Shown: positions 28,963 through 40,100, counted from the stretch's first letter. The stretch is DNA of 64,000 bases from Pedosphaera sp. (GCA_031414955.1 JANOQV010000123.1:1-64000); one strand, 5' to 3'. Notes: a model not told the origin generated them from the sequence alone. Program-made: numbers and translations.

Positions 28963-31900
28963 TCAAGGCAGCCGCAGCCGGTAAAAGCGCGAGGGCGGCA
29001 CGGTGACGGGGAGTACGGTGTAGGAGATGTTGGTCGGGGTGATGGTGATGCCATTGGTCACCGCCTGCCAGATGATGGGCGCTTCGAGACTGGCGGTGCA
29101 TTCCAACGGGAGATTCACCGCACCGGTGGACCAGTAAAGGGTCGCGATGGTGCCATCCAGGCTAGATTCAAGTCGCACCTCCTGAATCGTGAGGGTGCCG
29201 AGGTTGGTGGTGATGGTGTAGTGGCCGAGCCGGGTGTCCGGGTCCGCGAGCGCAGGGGCAATCAGGTACGTGCCCGGCGGGCTGGCGGGCGTGGTGGGCG
29301 TGCCGAAGGTGGCGGTGATGTTGTCCAGGTTCAGCAGTCCGATGAGGGCACCGGTGAACGCGGGATTGGCCTCACCGTACGGGCGGTTGGTGTTGTTGGC
29401 CGTGACAGTGAGCGGCGCTTTGGTGACGGTCAGCTCGAAGGTGTTGGTGCCGCTGCGGGGCGGCACGCCGTTGTCCGTGGCGATGACGCTCACGAGGAAG
29501 AGGCCCGCCGCCTCATTGGTGCCGCTGAAGGTGCGCGAGGCCGCATCGAAGCCCACGCCTGGAGGCTGGTTCGTGGCGGTGTAAGTGAGGCTCTGGCCCG
29601 CGTCAGGGTCCGTGAACACATCCGGCGCGAAGGTGAATTGAAAGGCCGCGCCGTAAGCACCGGCTTGCGCTGGAATCGCGTTGGCGACGGACGGGGCGGA
29701 GTTGGCGCTCAATCCCGTTCCAGTGAGCGCGATGTCGAAGGGGTTCTTCGCGCCGCTGACGTTGTTCGCGAGGTGGAGGGCTGCATTGCGGGGACCGACT
29801 CCACTCGGCGTGAAGGTCACGGTGAACGTGGTCGTGCTGCCGGGCGTCACGGTCGTGCTGCCGAGGGCGCTGAAGGTGAAGTCGCCAGGGTTTGCGCCGT
29901 CTGTGCCGATGGCCAGCGAGGTCAAATCCGCCGTGCCGGTGTTCGTGATGGTGAAGGTCCGGGCCGCGCTGCCGCTGGTCACGGTCACGGGGCCGAAGTC
30001 CACGCTGCTCACGCCATCGGTCAAGGCGCTGGTTTGCGCGACGGCAAGGTCGGGCGCGGCTGCGGCCGCCGGTTCATCCGAGCCGATGTTCGGCGTCGTC
30101 GCGCTGCGAAGTTCTGCATCGTAGTCAGTCGTGATTCCGGCGATGGGGTTGCCGGTGGCGTTGACCAGGGGATTGCCGCCGGGGACGAGGTGCAGGTCGC
30201 CGGTCGCGGCGCTGACGAACATGTTGGTGGAAAAATTCCCGCCGGGATTGCTGGCTTGCGAACTGGCGTCGCCGCTGATGCTGGCCTGCCAGGTCGAAAA
30301 GTTCACGGGAATGGTCGTACCGGGGGTGGCGCTGAAGTCCATGAAGTTACCGGGCGTCGCGCCGGCCCCGGTGCCGGCATAGACATTGTCGTTCGCGGTG
30401 TAGCTGCCGCCACTGGCTTCCCGGCCGGCGGCGAAATGGCTGCCGGTGCCACCCGTGCGGAAGTTGAGGAAGATGTTGTTACGCGAGGTGTGGGTGGAGG
30501 CATCGTACCGCTGGCTGGCCCACGAGTTATTCCCGCCGCTGGCGGTGCCGCCGATGACGATGGTGTTGTAGAACACATTGACCACACTGCCGGCGTTTCC
30601 AACGTCGCGCAGACCGTAGATCGTCGCGTTGTTGGCAGTCGCAGCGGAGATTTGGTTGTTCACCACGTCAAGCGTCGAGCCAGCGATGCCGGATGCGCTG
30701 ATGCCAGTGACGATCGTCCCGGCACTGGCCGTGTTGATCGTGATACGGTTGCGCGAGATTGTCGTGGTGCTGGAACCGTAATAATCGATGCCGGTGATGC
30801 TCGCCGAGCCGGTCGTGAGCAAGTCGTGGATGGAGTTGTCCGAGATGGCGTTTGTTCCGCTGGCACGCATTGTTATGCCATAGAGGCTGAAGGTTTGTGT
30901 GGCCGTTTCGTAGATGTTGTTGCCGGAAACCGTCCACGAATCATTGCCCGTCGATTCGATGAAGACGCCGTGCGATTTGAAATTGAACAGTTCGTTGTTC
31001 GCGATCGTGTTGCTCGAGTTCGCCACGGCCGCCGAGCTGCCGGTGGAGCCGATCAAGGTGGACGCGAACAACTGCGACGCACCAGGGGTGGAGACCTGGT
31101 TATCGGTGATGAGATTGTGGTCGTTGCCGGTCACCGCGCCGGTGCTGAGACCGATGACGCCGAGTGCGTAGTTCGGCGCATGGCCGTTCACGAGGCAACT
31201 GCGCACGGTGTTATGGCACGCGTCGTTGAGCAAAAGGAGGGTGCTGGCCGAGGTGAGGTCATTCCAGTTGTAAAAGGTCAAATATCGGCCGGTGCCGCCA
31301 AAACGCCCGTCGATGGTCACGCGATCCGCGCCGTTGAGCCGGATCAAGCCGCCATCCAATGGGCCGGAGATGGTTTTCATGGTGGCACTGTCGGGGTGAA
31401 TCGTAAGGGTGTAGTTGCCCGCGCCTTCCTCCAGCCATTGGTTCAAGCCGTTGAGGCCGGCCTCAGTCAAATCGCTGGTGATGCTGATGACGAGATGGTC
31501 CGCGACCACGGAACCATTGATGGCGGCGAACAATCCGCCGGCCCCGGTCAGGCTGGGGTAATCACCGCCGGTGCCCACAGTCTTCGTGCCGCTGAGGGTG
31601 TGGAAGATGCTGTAGCTGTTCGTGGCTCCGTGCGCGTTCACGTTCGGCACGGGCGGATTCGAGGCAGCGGCGGCTCCGGCGGGGCTGGAGACGAGATTGT
31701 CCACCGCGTCCTGCGCGACGACAAAGTATTGGATGGTGTCGCCAGCGGTGACGCCGCCGCCGTTGAGGAGCGAGTAATCAATGGTGAAGCTAAACGGGCT
31801 GCTGCCATTGGCGGCGGGGACGAACTTCCAGCCGTTGTCGGCGGCAGTGTTGCCCACGAAGGCATCGGCATCGGTGGATTTCTTGAAGTAAAAGCGCGGC

Positions 31901-34530
31901 GCGCTCGCACCGCCCGCCACGCCCGCGTTGTCCGTGATGGTGGCGAAGCCCGTCAACGTGCGGTTGCCCACCGTGTCGGGGGTCAGCAGCGGGTAGCTGA
32001 TGGCGGGCGCGAAGAAATCTCCCGTCAAGGTGAAATTTCCGGCATCCGCGCCGATGTCAGCGGGCGTGAGGGCGCTGCGCGTCTGGCCGTCGAAATCATC
32101 CGTGACCGCCACGAGCACGAGTCCTCCGCTTTCCGCCGGATTGCTCGCCTGCAAGTGCTGGTCGCCCGTCGTGGCATCGCCGGTGGCATTCACGAACAGC
32201 GGGTCCACCGCCGCGCTCGTGACATCCTGTCCGGTCGCGGCCTGCCATGCGGCGAGCGTGGCGTGGTCGGCGCTGTTGTAGAGGCCGAGCACGCCGCCGG
32301 TGCCGCTGACGTGGAAGATGTTGCCGCCCGCCGTCAGCCCGGCGGGGTTCACGGTCGTGCCGCCATAGCTGACGGCGTAGTGCTTGCCGGTGCCGCCGCT
32401 GTTGCTGCGGGCGTTGACAAAAATGTTGTTCTGGTAAGCGCGGGCATTGGCCGTGCCGGTGCTGGTGAAGGCAAAGGTGCTGGCCGCGCCCGAAGTCTGC
32501 GTGCCGCCGACATAGACGGAGTTGTGGTAGAAGTTCCGTCCACTGTCGGTGCCGGCGTCCTGGATGCCGCGCACGATGGATGCGCCCGCCGTGGGGTTCC
32601 CGAGCGCGTCGAGGCCGACGCGCACCATGTTGTTCTGCGCGGTGAAGGTTCCGGAGGCGAACTGTATTCCATTCACCGCCGCCGATGCGCTGGTGGAGGA
32701 AACCGCCAGGCTGTGGACCAGATTTCGCGCGATGACGTTCGCATCACCGATCGTTCCCGCGAAGTAAATCCCAGTCACCGATACCGCCGCCGAAGCCGCC
32801 GTGTTGGCGAGCGAATGCACAACGTTTTGGGACACGATCTGTCCCGCCGACGTGGAGGACTGACTGATGCCGAGCACCGCTTGTGAGGACGAGCCAACGG
32901 CGTTGGCGCTCGGCGTCGAAAGGTTGCGGACGGTGTTGCCGGTGATGATGTTCGCTCCCGCAGAGGTGACAATCCCGTGAACCCGCCCGCCGGCGGTGCC
33001 GACGTAGTTGTTGTTGAGATTGGCCACTGTGTTGCCCGTGATGCTCGCGCTGGTGGTGCTGGTGCTGAGAATGCCGACGACTTGCGGGCCGCCGCCGCCG
33101 GTGGCTGGAGTGGCGGCGTTGAGGCTGTTGGCGGTCGTCGTGCTGCCGACGATGTTGCCGGAGATGGTGTTCGTTCCGGCAGTGACTCGAATGCCGGTGA
33201 TCGAAGAAGAAATGGTGGTGGCCGTGCCGTTCACCGTGATGGAGCCGATGACGTTGTTGACAATGGCGACCGTGCCCAAGCTTGTCGAAACGATGCCGTA
33301 GGTGGTGCTACCGCTGCCAGGAGTCGAGGTCGTGACGGAGACAGAACCCGTGCCGGTGCCGCTGCCGATGGCGTTGCTTGAAGCCGTGCCGATGTTCACC
33401 GTACCCGCCTGCACATAAATTCCGTTCCATGCACCGGGCAGCGCACCGGTGGTGGAACTCGTCCAGACGATGTTCTGAATGGTGTTCCCCTGCAGGCTGC
33501 TCGGCGCGGAGTTGCTGATATTGAGTTGGAGGCCGACGAAACGGTACGCCGCCGCCGTGCCGGTCGTCGTCCAGGCCGTGCCGCCCGCGCTGGCCGCGCT
33601 GCCGCCAATGAAGTTGCCCGTGACCGTGAAGTTCTCGCCGGACGGGTTGTTGAGGTAGATGGCCCGGACACTCGCCGCCACCGCTGCGCGGCTGGCGGTT
33701 TGATAAAAGCTGTTGCCCGTGAGCGTCCAGCCGGTGTTGCCGCCGTCGAGCCGCACGCCCGCCGCATCCAGCGCGGTGGCGGCGTAGAAATTGAAGACGT
33801 TGCAACTGGAGACGGTGTTGCCGCTGTTGTTCTGCGCCGCCGTGGTGGTGGTACCGAGCGCGTAAAGGCCGTGGGCCGGCGTGCTCGCGCCGTCGCCGAT
33901 GTCGCAATGGTCAAGGGTGTTCCCATCGTTGCCGTTCGCGCCCGTGGTGGTGCTGAAGACGACCACGCCGCTCGTGACGTTAGTGTTCACGCCCCGCAGC
34001 GCGAGGTAGCGGACGGTGTTGCCGCTGGCCTCGTTGATGAACCGCAGCGCCACGCCGGCGACGTGATTGTTCGCGATGCTCAACTCCGAAACCGCTCCCA
34101 CCCCGCCGGGCCGTCCGTCCAGCGTGAGGAACTGCGCGCCCCGCAAATCCACCGTGGCCGCCGTGGTGTCCGCGCTGGAGAGGGAGAGTCCGGTCGCGCC
34201 GAGTTCCGGTCGCAGCGTAACGGTGTTGGCGGCGGTCGTCCCCAGGCTGGCGAAGACCAGCGGAAACGTCTCGACGCTGCCGAGGTAGCCGGCCTGGAGT
34301 TCCAGCACCAGCGCGCCCCCGAGCGTCTGCGCCTGGATGTCCACGATGGCCGCGCCGATGCTGGCGTAGTCGCCAGTGGGTCCGATGGTCTTGGTGCCGG
34401 AAAGCGGGGCGGCGGCGGCGGTGTGCGCGAGGAGGAACGCCAGCGCGGTCAACGCCAGCCGGAGAATCGGGACGGCTTGAGGGCGTGAGCGGGTTTTTGA
34501 CGGTTGGCCAAGGTGTTTTTCATAATGCAC
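28963..34530 (-). CDS. Very large secreted surface protein: two beta-helix-like regions, ASH/choice-of-anchor-D Ig, He_PIG-like Ig, MBG-like domain, C-terminal FYR domain
   Basis: Signal peptide (LRLALTALAFLLAHTAAA); duplicated LSGTKT(I/V)G..GDY.S starts; FTITNTGTADL; NSAPSVANAIP; TKAPLTVTANN; ends SRFYRLRLP; start ambiguous. Confidence 0.85.
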   Translation of the reverse strand: MHYEKHLGQPSKTRSRPQAVPILRLALTALAFLLAHTAAAAPLSGTKTIGPTGDYASIGAAIVDIQAQTLGGALVLELQAGYLGSVETFPLVFASLGTTAANTVTLRPELGATGLSLSSADTTAATVDLRGAQFLTLDGRPGGVGAVSELSIANNHVAGVALRFINEASGNTVRYLALRGVNTNVTSGVVVFSTTTGANGNDGNTLDHCDIGDGASTPAHGLYALGTTTTAAQNNSGNTVSSCNVFNFYAATALDAAGVRLDGGNTGWTLTGNSFYQTASRAAVAASVRAIYLNNPSGENFTVTGNFIGGSAASAGGTAWTTTGTAAAYRFVGLQLNISNSAPSSLQGNTIQNIVWTSSTTGALPGAWNGIYVQAGTVNIGTASSNAIGSGTGTGSVSVTTSTPGSGSTTYGIVSTSLGTVAIVNNVIGSITVNGTATTISSSITGIRVTAGTNTISGNIVGSTTTANSLNAATPATGGGGPQVVGILSTSTTSASITGNTVANLNNNYVGTAGGRVHGIVTSAGANIITGNTVRNLSTPSANAVGSSSQAVLGISQSSTSAGQIVSQNVVHSLANTAASAAVSVTGIYFAGTIGDANVIARNLVHSLAVSSTSASAAVNGIQFASGTFTAQNNMVRVGLDALGNPTAGASIVRGIQDAGTDSGRNFYHNSVYVGGTQTSGAASTFAFTSTGTANARAYQNNIFVNARSNSGGTGKHYAVSYGGTTVNPAGLTAGGNIFHVSGTGGVLGLYNSADHATLAAWQAATGQDVTSAAVDPLFVNATGDATTGDQHLQASNPAESGGLVLVAVTDDFDGQTRSALTPADIGADAGNFTLTGDFFAPAISYPLLTPDTVGNRTLTGFATITDNAGVAGGASAPRFYFKKSTDADAFVGNTAADNGWKFVPAANGSSPFSFTIDYSLLNGGGVTAGDTIQYFVVAQDAVDNLVSSPAGAAAASNPPVPNVNAHGATNSYSIFHTLSGTKTVGTGGDYPSLTGAGGLFAAINGSVVADHLVISITSDLTEAGLNGLNQWLEEGAGNYTLTIHPDSATMKTISGPLDGGLIRLNGADRVTIDGRFGGTGRYLTFYNWNDLTSASTLLLLNDACHNTVRSCLVNGHAPNYALGVIGLSTGAVTGNDHNLITDNQVSTPGASQLFASTLIGSTGSSAAVANSSNTIANNELFNFKSHGVFIESTGNDSWTVSGNNIYETATQTFSLYGITMRASGTNAISDNSIHDLLTTGSASITGIDYYGSSTTTISRNRITINTASAGTIVTGISASGIAGSTLDVVNNQISAATANNATIYGLRDVGNAGSVVNVFYNTIVIGGTASGGNNSWASQRYDASTHTSRNNIFLNFRTGGTGSHFAAGREASGGSYTANDNVYAGTGAGATPGNFMDFSATPGTTIPVNFSTWQASISGDASSQASNPGGNFSTNMFVSAATGDLHLVPGGNPLVNATGNPIAGITTDYDAELRSATTPNIGSDEPAAAAAPDLAVAQTSALTDGVSSVDFGPVTVTSGSAARTFTITNTGTADLTSLAIGTDGANPGDFTFSALGSTTVTPGSTTTFTVTFTPSGVGPRNAALHLANNVSGAKNPFDIALTGTGLSANSAPSVANAIPAQAGAYGAAFQFTFAPDVFTDPDAGQSLTYTATNQPPGVGFDAASRTFSGTNEAAGLFLVSVIATDNGVPPRSGTNTFELTVTKAPLTVTANNTNRPYGEANPAFTGALIGLLNLDNITATFGTPTTPASPPGTYLIAPALADPDTRLGHYTITTNLGTLTIQEVRLESSLDGTIATLYWSTGAVNLPLECTASLEAPIIWQAVTNGITITPTNISYTVLPVTVPPSRFYRLRLP

Positions 34531-34606
34531 ATCGTGTGTTTGTTGAGTGATCCCCGGCTGAAAGGGCTGGCGGCGGTCGCGACCAATTCCCTTCAACAGA
34601 GCGGCA

Positions 34607-34653
34607 CTCACCCCTTCCCAAAGATTTTTTGGCGGAAGGTTACAGAGTTAATT
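34607..34653 (-). promoter_or_regulatory. 47-bp repeat copy 1 containing a putative module 2 ECF promoter (TGTAACC-N14-CTTTGGGAA)
   Basis: Near-identical to 41014-41060 and 36742-36780; upstream of the large surface-protein gene. Confidence 0.75.
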
Positions 34654-35327
34654 GGCCAGCCGGAAAAGTGGCGGTTCCAGCGCCGCACGCCGGACACGGT
34701 AAGCCACACGCCGCCAAAAATTCCCAGCGCCCAGATCGTGGGTTCGGGTACGGCGGTGATCTCCAGTTCCCAACTGACCAGCGTGTTGGCGTCTCCACCT
34801 GACACGTCGGCCACGAACAGGGTCCACGTCCCGTTCGGGTCCAAACCGTTGAAGGCGCTCAGGAACGCGCTGCGCGAACTCAGGTCCGTGACCGTGGCCG
34901 GGTTCACGTTGCGCGCGTCGGGCTGATAGGTGCCGGCCAGTGGCGCGCCGCTGTTGCCGCCGTAGTTGTGGATGTCGCCGGCGGCGCTGTCGTCCAGCCA
35001 CACGTTGAAGCCCGCGTCGCCGTAGCCAAAACTATTTCCGCCCGTGCGCCCCGCGCGGTTGAGCAGCACGCTGAATCCGCTGGAGTGCGAGAGATAAACG
35101 TAGAGGTCGCCGTTGTAGCCGCCGGAGAAGTTCAGCCGCACGTTCACGTCGGTGATCACGCTCTCGTGGACGCCCAGTCCGCTGATCGTCTGCGCGTTTT
35201 GATAGCCGTTCACGTTGCCATCGGGGATGAGCGCGTTGAGGCCGTTGAACTGGTAGTGGAGCAGCGCGGCCTGCGCACTCGCGCCAAGCAACAGGCCCGC
35301 ACCGAGCAGAATAATTTTTAGTTTCAT
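34608..35327 (-). CDS. PEP-CTERM sorting-domain protein with a proprotein-convertase P-domain-like fold
   Basis: Signal MKLKIILLGAGLLLGASAQA; ITDVNVRLNFSGGYNGDL, FNGLDPNGTWTLFVAD; VPEP + TM + RR. Confidence 0.88.
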   Translation of the reverse strand: MKLKIILLGAGLLLGASAQAALLHYQFNGLNALIPDGNVNGYQNAQTISGLGVHESVITDVNVRLNFSGGYNGDLYVYLSHSSGFSVLLNRAGRTGGNSFGYGDAGFNVWLDDSAAGDIHNYGGNSGAPLAGTYQPDARNVNPATVTDLSSRSAFLSAFNGLDPNGTWTLFVADVSGGDANTLVSWELEITAVPEPTIWALGIFGGVWLTVSGVRRWNRHFSGWPINSVTFRQKIFGKG

Positions 35328-35359
35328 GGCGATAATTTCTTTCGGTTCATGCCCGCAGT

Positions 35360-35740
35360 TCAGTGCTGCACGCTGCGGTAGTAGGCGCTGCCATTGGGCG
35401 CGCTGTTGTCGGTGAAGCTGAACGCGCCCACCGCGTCGGGCATGAGCGCGCTGCCGTTCAAGGTGGTCCAGCGCGGGCAAATCCAGGAAGCTGCTGAAGG
35501 CAATCGGCGTGGTGATGCCGTGCCGGCGTAGGCTGCCAGCGCGGGCGGACGATCAGGAAAGGCCGAACACAGCCACTGGATTTCCTCCGCCGTGAAGCCG
35601 ACGGCAATCATGCCCGCCATGACCGAGCCGACGGATTTACCGGCGACGTGCGTGAACCAGACATTGTTCGCGTGCAGGAAACTCAGCGCGCCGACGTAGG
35701 CCGCGCCCAGCGCCCCGCCACCCTCGAAGACGCCGTCCAC
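35360..35740 (-). pseudogene. Chimeric remnant: patatin-like phospholipase N-terminal fragment joined to the C-terminal tail of a secreted protein
   Basis: DGVFEGGGALGAAYVGAL and AGKSVG (patatin Gly-rich loop and GxSxG) but no DGG motif; ends FSFTDNSAPNGSAYYRSVQH. Confidence 0.65.
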
Positions 35741-35905
35741 TAATGTGGACGGCGTCTGGGGAAGGAATTAGAAGGTGCGATTACGAAGTGCCTTGGCCTT
35801 CAGATTAGGCAGGGAGCCAATACGTTTGGTTCGGGCCAGGCGGCCGGGGTAGTTGGGAACATTGGACATAATGTCCGCGAGTTGAATTGAAACTTGAGGC
35901 GATGA

Positions 35906-36703
35906 TCAGAATTTCAAATTGCCGTGGCCCGCGACGAGAAGTTGCGAGGACACCACGCTGTCGTTCGGAATCAGCTCGGCCCCGTCCGGCACTTGCATCG
36001 CCACTTCGCGCGTCGCAAACGGATCGCGAAAGGTCGGGGCGGGGACGCGCATCTTGATGGTCTTGTAACGAACCTTCAGCCGGGGCGGATACACGACCAC
36101 CCAGAATGGGATCGAAGCCTCGTAGGCTTTACGAGCGGCGTCCTTGACCTTTTGCCCGCCCAGCCAGTTGTGGAGGAAGAATGTCTTCGTCGGTTCCGGC
36201 ATCGCGTTCAGACGGCGCGCGCCGACCGAGGCCTGGGCCCCGATGGCCAGCCAGTCGTCGTTCACCGTCGAGGCGTCGCAGTTGCACATGTACACGAGGC
36301 GCAGGTTGAACTGTTTCACGCCTTGCGCTCGCGCGTCCTTCAACAGATCGCGAATGGTTCCGGTGTTCGCGCCGCGCTGGCCGGTGAGGTTCGGACCGGA
36401 CTTGAGCACCAGCTTCTCCGGGGAGCCGTGGCCTAGCGCCACGAGATCGATGGTGCGGCCCTTGCGGGTCTCGTCGATGAGGCGTTCGAGCAACTTGGCC
36501 CGCGTGCAAGCGTTGTCGGTGAGATAATGCACAATGTCATAATGGTTCCCCGCCAGCAGCGAGGTTTTGAGGTCTTCAAAGGTTTCCGCCAGTCCGTCCA
36601 CGAGACCTTGCGCCGCCTGGCGCAGCGGGCCGGGCAGGCTGTCATCGAAGGGGGTGTTGCCGCTGTTTTCCTGCAGGACGATCAGACTTTTGTTGGTGGC
36701 CAT
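35906..36703 (-). CDS. Hypothetical protein, possible caspase-hemoglobinase-fold cysteine peptidase
   Basis: IDLVALGHGS and LRLVYMCNC motifs; A-rich leader before ATG; no signal peptide. Confidence 0.6.
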   Translation of the reverse strand: MATNKSLIVLQENSGNTPFDDSLPGPLRQAAQGLVDGLAETFEDLKTSLLAGNHYDIVHYLTDNACTRAKLLERLIDETRKGRTIDLVALGHGSPEKLVLKSGPNLTGQRGANTGTIRDLLKDARAQGVKQFNLRLVYMCNCDASTVNDDWLAIGAQASVGARRLNAMPEPTKTFFLHNWLGGQKVKDAARKAYEASIPFWVVVYPPRLKVRYKTIKMRVPAPTFRDPFATREVAMQVPDGAELIPNDSVVSSQLLVAGHGNLKF

Positions 36704-36741
36704 AAGTTTTTTTTATTTGCTGTTGTTTCGAGAGCTTGGCT

Positions 36742-36780
36742 CTCACCCCTTCCCACAGATTTTTTAGCGGAAGGTTACAG
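36742..36780 (-). promoter_or_regulatory. Repeat copy 2 containing a putative module 2 ECF promoter (TGTAACC-N14-CTGTGGGAA)
   Basis: ctcaccccttcccacagattttttagcggaaggttacag; 38 nt upstream of the ATG at 36703. Confidence 0.75.
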
Positions 36781-37143
36781 GGCAGCAGCGTGGATGGGGC
36801 GGGCGCGGCAAGATACCGGCTGACGGCAGGCGAAGAGACGTCCGGTATCGTCCACTGTGATCATGGTAAAAATTCCGTCACAAGAACCGCGGCGCTTGAT
36901 CTGCCCTGCTCCCGCAGGGAGAAAGGACAAATCTTTTGACGAAGAAAATAGCGGCCGAGAAATAACCACGAAGAAACCAAAGCCTCTTTACGGACAAGAC
37001 ACTCGATCCTGTCCGCTGCCAATCTGTAATCTCCTCAAATCGGATACGCGGACGCCGCCTTGGCCATTGAGGCGCCAACGTCGTTCCCGTCCTGTCGAAT
37101 CTGTAGCCAGCGGGTTTCAGGTCGTCTGCCAGCGTTTGAAAGA

Positions 37144-40100
37144 TCAATTGCCCGTAATCGAACCGACATAGCTCAACACCCGCCATTCGCCATTACCGAC
37201 AAACTGGAGTTCGATGGCGCAGTCGGCGTCGCCGGTGAGATAGCCCGATGTTCCTGTTGTCGTCCGGGCGGTCGAGGTGTAAATCCTGCCTCCGAACGAT
37301 ACGGCCACCAGTCTGGTTCCGTCGGCGGACGACGCCACGGAGGACCATTCCTCATAGATGTTGTGCGGAATCCAACTCACCCCGGAATCCGTCGAAGTAT
37401 AGATGTCCCAATCGTAGTTCACGGCGGCCAGCTTGCTTCCATCGGCCGAGGAGGAGACAGACCACCACAACAGGGCCGAGGCGCGCGGGGTTGACAGGGT
37501 CGCTCCGAAATCTGTCGAGGTATAAATATAATCACCATATGCCACGACGACCACTTTGCTCCCGTTCGCCGAAGCAGCCACGGATCGCCAAGGCGCGGTA
37601 TAGCTGTGATAGACCCAACTCTGTCCTGAATTCTGTGATCTGGTGACCTCGCCGCTCTCCGCTACCGCAACCAGTCTCTTCCCATCGGCGGACGAGGCGA
37701 TGGATAACCAGCCTCGGGATAGTGTGGCCTGGGGTTCCCAACTCACGCCGGAGTTGGTCGAGGTGTAGATTACATCGCCGTAGGCCGCCGCCGCCAGTTT
37801 AGCACCGTCCGCCGAAGAGGCGACGGATCGCCAATCCGAGATGATCCCTCGCAAGGTCCAATTCACTCCAGAATCCGTGGAGGTATAGATATGGCCGAGA
37901 CTCTGTGTCGCGACCAGCTTGGTGCCGTCCGCTGAGGAAGCGACGGAAGACCAGTCGCCGACGCTCGCGCGCGCCGCCCAAGTCACACCGTAGTCGGTCG
38001 AGGTGTAAATCTGGCCTGCCAGGACGACGGCCACCAGTTTGGCACCATCCGCAGAGGAGGCGACGGCATTCCAATTCCGGTTGTTCTCCCGGCCCGTCCA
38101 TGTGTCAAAGCTCGCGCCGGGCAGGGGCGTGAGCAGAACCGATTGTCCGGCGTTTTGGACGACCTTCCAGCCGCCCAGACCGGCCCCGGACACGCGCACC
38201 ACAGCGCCGACGGTCGGAGACGCCGGAAGGGTGATGGTGACCTGGGCTGCGTTCGTCGCCACATAACCGCTGTTGGCGACAGCCTGCTGGTTGGTGCCCG
38301 CCACGGCCTGCCATCTCAAGGTGCCAGCACCTTGAAAGGCCGTCGCCGTCACCGTGCCGGCGACATCAACGGCGGCAGCCGTGAGTGTCCCCGCGACATC
38401 AAGATCGCTGGCCGTGATCGTGCCGGCGACATCCAGGGCACTGGCCGGATTATTTTTGTTGATGCCCACCCCGCCCGCCGCGCGGATGAGGAACTGATCG
38501 TTGGTGGTGGAGTTGAAGTCCGCCGCCTGCGAATCCGACCAGACAAAAGCACCCTGGTGTTTCGCCTTGGCCTGGCGTCCGGCGGCGAAACTGTAATCAG
38601 CGAGGGCGGCCGCGCCGGTGCCGAGTTCCACCCGGGTGGCACTAACATCAAACAGCCCCGCGCTTTCCACCACCACACTGCCCACCACATGGAGCGCGGC
38701 CACGGGCCGGGTCGTGCCAATGCCCACCCAGCCGCTGCTGATCAGGCTCGCGGCGTTCGTGCTGAAGCCCAGGATGGTGAAAGCGTTGTCCCCACTGGCG
38801 GTGACGACGAGGTTGGTTCCGGCAAAAGCCACGCCGTAGGCTCCGTTCAAGAATGCCGCCCCACCCAGGCCGTCTTTTACCGTGGTCAACAGGATCGGGG
38901 CGGCGGGGTTGCTGATGTCCACGAGGGTCACGGTATGACCGACGAAGGACGCAATCGCCAGCCGGTTGCCGGAAATGGCGACCGAATAAGGCCCGTTCAA
39001 TGAATACCCGCCGACTCCATTTCGAAGCTCCGCTAATTTCACCGGACTGGCGGGATTGGTGACATCGACCAGAACAACGAGATCGCCAGTCAAGGCGGTC
39101 ACGACCAGCAGATTGCCCGAGAAGGCCACCGCATTGACGTTGAGGAGGTTGTAGCCACCCACGCCGTGTTTGATCTGACTGAGGATCACTGGGATGGATG
39201 GGACGGACACATCCACCAAGGTCACGGCGTTGTCCGTGTAGGCGCCGATGGCCAGCAGGTTGCCGGACAGGGCCACGCTCCGCACTCCCGCGAGCTCGGT
39301 GAAACCGTTGAAACCGTCCTTCATGAAACCGCGCAGCACTGGCACCGCCGGGTTTGAAATGTCCGCCAGCGTCACCGCGCCGTCATTCACCGCGCCCATC
39401 GCCAGTATGTTTCCCGAGACCGCCACGGCCCGGACCCCGTTGAGTTGATCCCATCCGCCCACGCCATCGCGCAACTCGGCCAGCAGCGCCGGGCTGCTCG
39501 GATTCGTTGCGGAGATAAAAGTAACGGCATCGTCATTGATCGCGGCGACGACCAGTGTGGAACCAGCCCAGGCCACCGCTGTGGCTCCGGCGAGCGCGGT
39601 GAAACCGCCGACGCCATCGCGAACTTGGGACACCAGCACCGGGGCCAGCGGATTGGTGATGTTCACCAGCGTCACGCCATTGTCGTCCGCCGCCGGGATG
39701 GCCAGCAGCGTGCCGGACAGCGCCGGCTGCCCGGCGTAATTCAAGTTGGTGTAGGCACCCGTCTCGTCCTGAACTTGGAACAACACGGTGGCCGATAGCA
39801 GCGGCGTGCTGGCCGTGATGTGCAAAGCCGTCTCGGGCGCGTTGGTGCCGATGCCGACGAGGCCGTTGGTGTTGACCTGCACCGCGTTGGCCGGCGAACC
39901 ATCCGAAGCCCCCAACTGACTCACCGCGCCGGGCGCGATCATCGCGCTGGTGATGCTTCCCGTCGCGATGTTGGCCGGGGCAATCGTCCCGGCGATGCCC
40001 GTTGCGTTAACGCCTCCGGCGAAGATGGCGTAGGGCGTGGAGGTCAGTTCCGTGCGAGGTGTGAGCGGGGTGTAGGCTCCCGCCCCGTTGGTTCGCACCA

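Noticed and set aside
28927..32886. 1319 aa plus-strand ORF
   Set aside because: Antisense shadow of the large surface-protein gene; Gly/Arg/Ala-rich with no motifs, as expected in high-GC DNA.
34490..34523. Programmed -1 ribosomal frameshift at the surface-protein start
   Set aside because: No in-frame X XXY YYZ slippery heptamer; an indel or a GTG start explains it more simply.
36790..37140. Short ORFs between the promoter repeat and the beta-propeller gene
   Set aside because: No motifs or convincing starts; possibly degraded sequence, but not supportable.
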